Made by a program: the position numbers and the translations under genes. DNA of 64,000 nucleotides from Octopus vulgaris. Its lineage: Eukaryota. This document shows positions 55,969 to 64,000 of the stretch, one piece after another. The notes under the pieces are model-generated. The model saw nothing but the letters and a program-made list of their open reading frames with translations, had not been told where the DNA came from and searched no databases. Position 1 is the stretch's first letter, and each line of letters opens with the position of its first letter. The stretch is taken from positions 97,526,001 through 97,590,000 of the forward strand of contig OX597819.1 of assembly GCA_951406725.2 (NCBI GenBank), written 5' to 3'.

Positions 55969-56498
55969 GCGCACCCTCTCTCTCTCTCTCTCAGAAGACA
56001 ATGATAAAAAAGAAATCCAGTTAATTATTTGAAAAGTGACATTTTGCTCCCCTTGGAGTGACCAGCTGGGCTTGCCATTTTTAAAAGCCAATAATCACTT
56101 ACCATTGAAAGACTGACCAGCTGAAAATATAACAGCAAATTTTTTCTTCTTTCTCTCCTTCTTCTCCCTTTCCTTCTATTTTTCTTTAACACTACTTTAA
56201 GATACACAAACACACACGATCTCTCTCTCTCTCTTTCTCTCTCTCTCACTTTCTCCCCATTCTTCACCCTCTTGTAGAATCATATATCTCTCCCTGCCCC
56301 TACACACTCAATAATACTATAAAAGGAGACAAAATTCTTGCAAAAGTTCAATTTGAAAACTCCACTAGAGTGGACGAATGCGCTTTTATATGATATATGA
56401 TTCATAACAAACGTAACATACTTATAAATATCTGTAAATATAAAACCAACCAGTCAATTGGACATTTCTTCTGCAACAATTTCCAAAACAAAAAACGT

Positions 56499-56590
56499 CG
56501 CCCGCAGAGGGACTTGAACCCGCGACCCTCAGATTTCATAACACGGTAGTTCTTAAAAGTCTGATGCTCTACCGACTGAGCTATGCGGGC
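56499..56590 (-). tRNA. tRNA-Lys(UUU), 19-nt intron
   Basis: Consensus exons; intron core ACCGTG. Confidence 0.9.
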
Positions 56591-56719
56591 TGACACACAA
56601 AACAACGAAAATTTAGATAGATTAAATCTTTTGAACTTAGCTACTATATACATACGTACATACATACATACATACATACATACATACATACATACACACA
56701 CAAACAATACTCAGATGAA

Positions 56720-56749
56720 ATCTGAGGGTCGCGGGTTCAAATCCCTCTG
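56720..56749 (+). pseudogene. Inverted, 3'-truncated tRNA-Lys 3' half
   Basis: As 48559. Confidence 0.8.
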
Positions 56750-57314
56750 ATTATTTAATCCCATTGATTATTTAAGATTTTCATTTATTACCAAAGGACA
56801 TCTATCTATATAAATATCTTGTTTTCTGGCACTAATAATACAATATCTTAAAATGTAATAATCAATAGTGTTGCTCTTAATGCGCAGCAGTGGTGCAACG
56901 AAGTTTAATATATGAAAATACATGATAATATAAGAGGAGCCATTGTGTGTGATTTTAGATGGCTGAAATGGATCTAGTACCATGTAAATGTACGTTTCTT
57001 TATAGATGAAAACTGTAGTCAGAGATCTATACTCATGCTTCACAGTATTACCAGGGCTGTCAGTTAATTTACATGTGACAATTATTATATATTATTTGTT
57101 TCAGTCATTAGACTGTGGCCGAAGATGATGACATAGCGTGGTAGGAATAAAAGAGCAAAAGACTGAATGCTAATGGAAATAGAAAACGTGATGGGCAGCA
57201 AGAAAGGATTGAGCAAAAAGGGAAAGTAATTGTAACAGTTGCAGGGTGACAATGTGTTCGACTAAGAAAAAAAAAAAAAAAAAAAGAAATGGTATTGCAT
57301 GATAAAAATTGTGT

Positions 57315-57406
57315 CGCCCGCAGAGGGACTTGAACCCGCGACCCTCAGATTTCATAACTAGACAGTTCTTAAAAGTCTGATGCTCTACCGACTGAGCTAT
57401 GCGGGC
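57315..57406 (-). tRNA. tRNA-Lys(UUU), 19-nt intron
   Basis: Consensus exons; intron core GTCTAG. Confidence 0.9.
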
Positions 57407-57798
57407 TTCCGTCCGTTCAGTTTAACTTTTAGACAAATGAAATATTATGGACTTAGCTAGACATTCCTTGTTAACTGAAACGATTGTTGTATAAAGCTGT
57501 CATCTGATATCTTATGTCACCCCGTAGTGATTACTAATAATTCCTTCACATTTACTACTGATATCTAATATAGTAATTCGTTCACTCATCAAGTCCCATT
57601 CTGGTAAAGTCATACTTGTCATACAAAATGTATATACACTACTCTATTTCAATTATAATCATAACAATGTTCTCCACCAAATTAAATGGCTTAAAATATT
57701 TCTATAATAATTTGTACTAGATGAAGGACCAATTTTGTAAAGTAAACTGTATTAAACACACAGACACACACACACACACACAGACACACAGACACACA

Positions 57799-57846
<48 letters not shown>

Positions 57847-58063
57847 CACACAAACAGTACTACACATATGTACATATACATAAATATTAATAATCTTTCA
57901 TCCAGATTCTCCAACGCATATCAGCACAGGAATCAAACACTGGATTGAAAGATTTATACAGTGGTATAAATGTCAACACAATTATTTCTTCTTCTTCTCT
58001 TTCTTCTATCTTCCTTCTCCAGCGACAACCCTTCCAGATACACAGGCACCCACACACACATGT

Positions 58064-58123
<60 letters not shown>

Positions 58124-58622
58124 CAATGACAAAAAGAAATCCAGACAATTTTTGGAGAAGTGACATTTTGTCCCCCTTGAAGTGGCCAATTGAGTTTGCC
58201 ATTTCTAAAAGCCAAGAGTCATTTACCATTGAAAGACTGACTAGCTGCAAAGATATCAACAAATTTTTTCTTCTTTCTCTCCTTCTTCCTTTCCTTCTCT
58301 TTTTCTTTAACACACCTTTAAGATACAAAAACACACATGATCTCTCTCTCTCACGTTCTCCCCATTCTTCACCCTCTTGTAGTATCTTATATCCCTCCCC
58401 GCCCCTACACACACAATAATGCTATAAAAGGAGACAAAATTCCTGCAAAAGTTCAATTTGAAAACTCCACTAGAGTGGACGAAAGCGCTTTTATATGATA
58501 TATGATTCATAAAAAATGTAACATACTAATAAATATCTGTAAGTATAAAACCATCCAGCAAATATAAAACCAACCTGTCAATTGGACATTTCTTCTGCGA
58601 CAATTTCCAAAAGAAAAATCGT

Positions 58623-58714
58623 CGCCCGCAGAGGGACTTGAACCCGCGACCCTCAGATTTCATAACGCAACAGTTCTTAAAAGTCTGATGCTCTACCGAC
58701 TGAGCTATGCGGGC
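58623..58714 (-). tRNA. tRNA-Lys(UUU), 19-nt intron
   Basis: Consensus exons; intron core GTTGCG. Confidence 0.9.
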
Positions 58715-59093
58715 TTCCATCCGTTCAGTTTAACTTTTAGACAAATGAAATATTATGGACTTAGCTAGACATTACTTCTTAACTGAAACGATTGTTGTAT
58801 AAAGCTGTCATCTGATATCTTATGTCACCCCGTAGTGATTACTAATAATTCCTTCACATTTACTACTGATATTTAATATAGTAATTCGTTCACTCATCAA
58901 GTCCCATCCTGGTAAAGTCATACTTGTCATACAAAATGTATATACACTACTCTCTTTCAATTATAATCATAACAATGTTCTCCACCAAATTAAATGGCTT
59001 AAAATATTTCTATAATAATTTGTACTAGATGAAGGACCAATTTTGTAAAGTAAACTGTATTAAACACATACACACACACACACAGACACACAG

Positions 59094-59140
<47 letters not shown>

Positions 59141-59431
59141 AACAGTACTACACATATGTACATATACATAAATATTAATAATCTTTCATCCAGATTCTCC
59201 AACGCATATCAGCACAGGAATCAAACACTGGATTGAAAGATTTATACAGTGGTATAAATGTCAACACAATTATTTCTTCTTCTTCTCTTTCTTCTATCTT
59301 CCTTCTCCAGCGACAACCCTTCCAGATACACAGGCACCCACACACACATGTGCACACACACACACACATGTGCACACACACACACATGTGCACACACACA
59401 CGTGCACACATACATGTGCACACATACATGT

Positions 59432-59486
<55 letters not shown>

Positions 59487-59705
59487 AATGATAAAAAGAA
59501 ATCCAGACAATTTTTTGAGAAGTGACATTTTGCCCCCCGTGAAGTGGTCAGTTGAGTTTGCCATTTCTAAAAGCCAAGAAATATTTTCTATTGAAAGACT
59601 CACCAGTTGCAAAAATGTAAACACATTTTTTTCTTCTTTCTCTCCTCCTCCTTCCTTTCATTCCCTTTCCCATTTGACACCTTATTCGGATACACAGACA
59701 CCCAC

Positions 59706-59756
<51 letters not shown>

Positions 59757-60258
59757 CTCTCTCTCCCTCTCACAAGACAAGGATAAAAAAGAAATCCAGA
59801 CAATTTTTTGAAAAGGGACATTTTGCTCCCCTTGGAGTGACCAGCTAGGTTTGCCATTTCTAAAAGCCAAGAATCCCTTACCATTGAAAGACTGACCAGC
59901 TGCAAAGATATCAGTAAATTTTTCTTCTTTCTCTCCTCCTTCTTCTTCGTGTCCTCTTTTTCTTTAACACTTATTTAAGATACAAAAACACACGATCTCT
60001 CTCTCTCACTTTCTCCCCGTTCTTCACCCTCTTGTAGTATCTTATATCTCTCCCCGATCCCTACACACTCAATAATACTATAAAAGGAGACAAAATTCCT
60101 GCAAAAGTTCAATTTGAAAACTCCAATAGAGTGGACGAAAGCCCTTTTATATGATATATGATCCATAAAAAATGTAGCATACTAATAAATATCTGTAAAT
60201 ATAAAACCATCCAGCAAATATAAAACCAACCAGTCAATTGGACCAAAAGAAAAATCGT

Positions 60259-60350
60259 CGCCCGCAGAGGGACTTGAACCCGCGACCCTCAGATTTCATA
60301 ACTCGGCACTTCTTAAAAGTCTGATGCTCTACCGACTGTGCTATGCTGAC
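60259..60350 (-). pseudogene. tRNA-Lys(UUU) pseudogene
   Basis: 5' acceptor strand GTCAGCA and D-stem/A-box mutation. Confidence 0.8.
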
Positions 60351-60485
60351 TGACACATGATTCAACAAAAATTTAGATAGATTAAATCTTTTGAACTTAG
60401 CTACTATATACATACGTACATACACACAAGCATACATACATACATACATACATACATACATACATACAAACAATACTCAGATGAA

Positions 60486-60521
60486 ATCTGAGGGTCGCGG
60501 GTTCAAATCCCTCTGCGAGCG
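60486..60521 (+). pseudogene. Inverted tRNA-Lys 3' half
   Basis: 3' exon only, B-box intact. Confidence 0.85.
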
Positions 60522-61393
60522 ACGAGTTTTCTTTTGGAAATTGTCCCAGAAGAAATAACCAATTGACAGGTTTCAAATATGAGAATTTAAATTTCTATAA
60601 TTCAATTGATTGGATGTGGAAACAGCTGCAAGCAGGAATTTCTCTGCATCAATTCGAATTTTTTTGAATTCGGAAATGCCCAACGTCGTCGAGTCATATC
60701 GAGGGAATGCCCATATATTAACAATTGGCTGTGTCTTCATGGGGTCACTCTGTTAGCTTACGCTAATGTATATTGACTATTCTTTACAGGTTTCTATTAA
60801 ATGTGTGAGTGTGATTTTCATTCTTTATCAAAGGATATCTATCTCTCTATATATCTTGTTTTCTGGCACTAATATCATAATATCTTATATAATCAATGGT
60901 GTTGTTCTTAATGCGCAGTTGTGGTGCAACGAAGTTTAATATATGAAAATACATGATAATATAAGAGGAGCCATTGTGTGTGATTTTAGATGGCTGAAAT
61001 GGATCTAGTACCATTTAAATGTATGTCTCTTTATAGATGAAAACTGTAGTCAGAGATCTATACTCATGCTTCATAGAATTACCAGCGCCGTCAGTTAATT
61101 TACATGTGACAATGATTATATTTTACTTGTTTCATCCATTAGACTGTAGCCGAAGATGATGACATAGCGTGGTAGGAATAAATGAGCAAAAGACTGAATG
61201 CTAAGGGAAATAGAAGAGCGTAAAAATATTTCGAAAGACCGGAATGACATTGCCAAGCTGGAAAACGTGATGGGCAGCAAGAAAGGATTGAGCAAAAAGG
61301 GAAAACAATTTTAACAGTTGCAGTGTGAAAATATGTTCGACTAAGAAAAAGAAAAAAAAAAAAAAAGAAATGGTATTGCATGAAAAAATTTGA

Positions 61394-61485
61394 CGCCTGC
61401 AGAGGGACTTGAACCCGCGACCCTCAGATTTCATAACCCGACAGTTCTTAAAAGTCTGATGCTCTACCGACTGAGCTATGCGGGC
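61394..61485 (-). tRNA. tRNA-Lys(UUU), 19-nt intron
   Basis: C4:A69 mismatch; intron core GTCGGG. Confidence 0.75.
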
Positions 61486-61851
61486 TGTCGTTCGTCCGGT
61501 TTAACTTTTAGACAAATGAAATATTTTGGACTTAGCTATACATTCCTTGTTAACTGAAACGATTTTTGAATAAAGCCGTCATCTGAAGCCTTATGTCACC
61601 TCGTAGTGATTACTAATAATTCCTTCACATTTACTACTGATATTTAATATAGTAATTCGTTCACTCATCAAGTCCCATCCTGGTAAAGTCATACTTGTCG
61701 TACAAGATGTATATACACTACTCACTTTCAATTATAATATTTTCTACCCTAGGCACAAGGCCCGATGTTTTTGTGGAGTGGGCCAGTCGAATAGATCGAC
61801 CCCAGTGCGCAGCTGGTATAATATAGCCCTCATCTGTTTCAGTTGCATCAC

Positions 61852-62090
61852 GAGAACTATGTTATGAAGCATTTTTCCATATTTCTCCTGAAGGAGGCGC
61901 CATTCTTTGGACATTTGTAGAAGGGAAAGATCTTAAATTTTCCTTCTCCACATGTATCCAGGTGTTTCACTGAGTAAATACCCAGATACATGTGGAGAAA
62001 GAAATTTAAGATCTTTCCCTTCTACAAATGTCCAAAGAATGACACCTCCTTCAGGAGAAATATGGAACAATACTTCATAACAAAGTTCTC
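61852..62090. repeat. 239-bp palindrome, loop orientation B (inverted)
   Basis: Centre reads GGTGTTTCACTGAGTAAATACCC. Confidence 0.95.
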
Positions 62091-62437
62091 CACCAAATTA
62101 AATGGCTGAAAATGTTTCTATAATATTTTGTACTAGATGAAGGACAAATTTTGTAAAGTAAATTGTATTAAACACACACACACACACACACATACACGCG
62201 CGCGCGCGCACACAAACAGTACTACACATATGTACATATACGTAAATAAAAACACTCTTTCATCCAGATTCTCCATCCCATATCAGCACAGGTATCAAAC
62301 ATTGGATTGAAAGACTCACCAGTTGCAAAAATGTAAACACATTTTTTCTTCTTTCACTCCTCCTCCTTCCTTTCATTCCCCTTTCCCATTGGACACACCT
62401 TTCTGATACACAGACACCCACCCACACGCGCGCACAT

Positions 62438-62489
<52 letters not shown>

Positions 62490-62745
62490 ACACACACACA
62501 CGCTCTCTCTCTCTCTCTCTCTCACAAGACAATGATAAAAAAGAAATCCAGATAATTATTTGAAAAGTGACATTTTGCTCCGCTTGGAGTGACCAGCTGG
62601 GTTTGCCATTTCTAAAAGCCAAGAATCACTTACCATTGAAAGACTGACCAGCTGCAAAGATATCAGCAAATTTTTTCTTCTTTCTCTCCTTCTTCCTTTC
62701 CTTCTATTTTTCTTTAACACTACTTTAGGATACAAAAACACACAC

Positions 62746-62779
<34 letters not shown>

Positions 62780-63049
62780 ACATTCTCCACATTCTTCACC
62801 CTCTTGTAGCCTCATATATCACTCCCCGCCCCTACACACTCAATAATACTATAAAAGGAGAAAAAATTCCTGCAAAAGTTCAATTTGAAAACTCCACTAG
62901 AGTGGACGAAAGAGCTTTTATATGATATATGACTCATAAAAAATGTAACATACTAATAAATATCTGTAAATATAAAACCATCCAGCAAATATAAAACCAA
63001 CCAGTTAATTGGACATTTCTTCTGCGACAATTTCCAAAAGAAAATTCGT

Positions 63050-63141
63050 CGCGCGCAGAGGGACTTGAACCCGCGACCCTCAGATTTCATAACACGGTAG
63101 TTCTTAAAAGTCTGATGCTCTACCGACTGAGCTATGCGGGC
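63050..63141 (-). tRNA. tRNA-Lys(UUU), 19-nt intron
   Basis: C3:C70 mismatch; intron core ACCGTG. Confidence 0.7.
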
Positions 63142-63192
63142 TGACATGCGACTCAATGATGATTTAAATAGATTAAATCTTTTGAACTTGAA

Positions 63193-63228
63193 ATCTGAGG
63201 GTCGCGGGTTTAAGTCTCTCTGCGGGCA
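63193..63228 (+). pseudogene. Inverted tRNA-Lys 3' half
   Basis: 3' exon only, 51 bp from the full gene; B-box mutated. Confidence 0.8.
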
Positions 63229-64000
63229 ACGAGTTTTCTTTTTGGAAATTGTCCCAGAAGAAATTACCAATTGACTGGTTTCAAGTATGGGAATTTAAAT
63301 TTCTATAATTCAATTGATTGGATGTGGAAACAGCTGCAAGCAGGAATTTCTCTGCATCAATTCGAATTTCTTTGAATTCGGAAATGCCCAACGTCGTCGA
63401 GTTATATCGAGGGAATGCCCATATTTTAACAATTGGCTGTGTCTTCATGGGGTCACTCTGCATGCTCACGCTAATGTATATTGACTATTCTTTACAGGTT
63501 TCTATTAAATGTGTGAGTGTGATTTTCATTCTTTACCAAAGGATATCTATCTCTCTATATATCTTGTTTTCTGGCACTAATATCATAATATCTTAAATAA
63601 TCAATAGTGTTGTTCTTAATGCGCAGTTGTGGTGCAACGAAGTTTAATATATGAAAATACATGATAATTTAATAGGAGCCATTGTGTGTGATTTTTGATG
63701 GCTGAAATGGATCTAGTACCATGTAATTGTATGCTTCTTGATAGATGAAAACTGTAGTCAGAGATCTATACTCATGCTTCATAGAATTACCAGGACCGTC
63801 AGTTAATTTACTTGTGACAATGATTAAATTTCACTTGTTTCAGTCGTTAGACTGTGGCCGAAGATGATGACATATCGTGGTAGGAATAAAACAGCAAAAG
63901 ACTGACTGCTAATGGAAATAGAAGAGCGTAAAAATATTTCGAAAGACCGGAAGGACATTGCCAAGCTGGAAAATGTGATGGGCAGCAAGAAAGGAATGAG

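Noticed and set aside
31824-61485. C:A acceptor-stem mismatches repaired by A-to-I editing
   Set aside because: Equally explained by ordinary G-to-A transitions; nothing in the sequence supports editing
34035-63228. Split or trans-spliced tRNA system built from the 3' halves
   Set aside because: No matching stand-alone 5' halves or A-box; several halves are mutated or truncated; simple inversion explains them
32522-63596. Recurrent ORFs such as MSARIAQSVEHQTFKNCRVMKSEGRGFKSLCGR, poly-CV/HT and MYVC repeats
   Set aside because: Translations of tRNA genes and microsatellites, not proteins

Overview
AT-rich, microsatellite-rich animal genomic DNA; the C2H2-ZNF style and SINE content suggest an octopus or other cephalopod (inference). 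Left part (1-29.8 kb): one poly-C2H2 zinc-finger ORF (17 intact fingers) among transposon debris, including two full-length but dead mariners, a Tc1/maT-like fragment, R4/Dong-like and RTE retrotransposon relics, a Helentron/DINE-like element, many SINEs and Penelope-type hammerhead-like motifs. Right part (29.8-64 kb, continuing past the window): a tandem array of 24 minus-strand, intron-containing tRNA-Lys(UUU) genes and pseudogenes. The exons are nearly constant, while the 19-nt intron has a hypervariable 6-nt core. Interleaved with them are 9 inverted tRNA 3'-half copies and 9 copies of a 240-bp near-perfect palindrome whose central loop occurs in both orientations. Two Helitrons are inserted in the array with base-exact empty sites. 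Most short ORFs in the supplied track are microsatellite or repeat artefacts.
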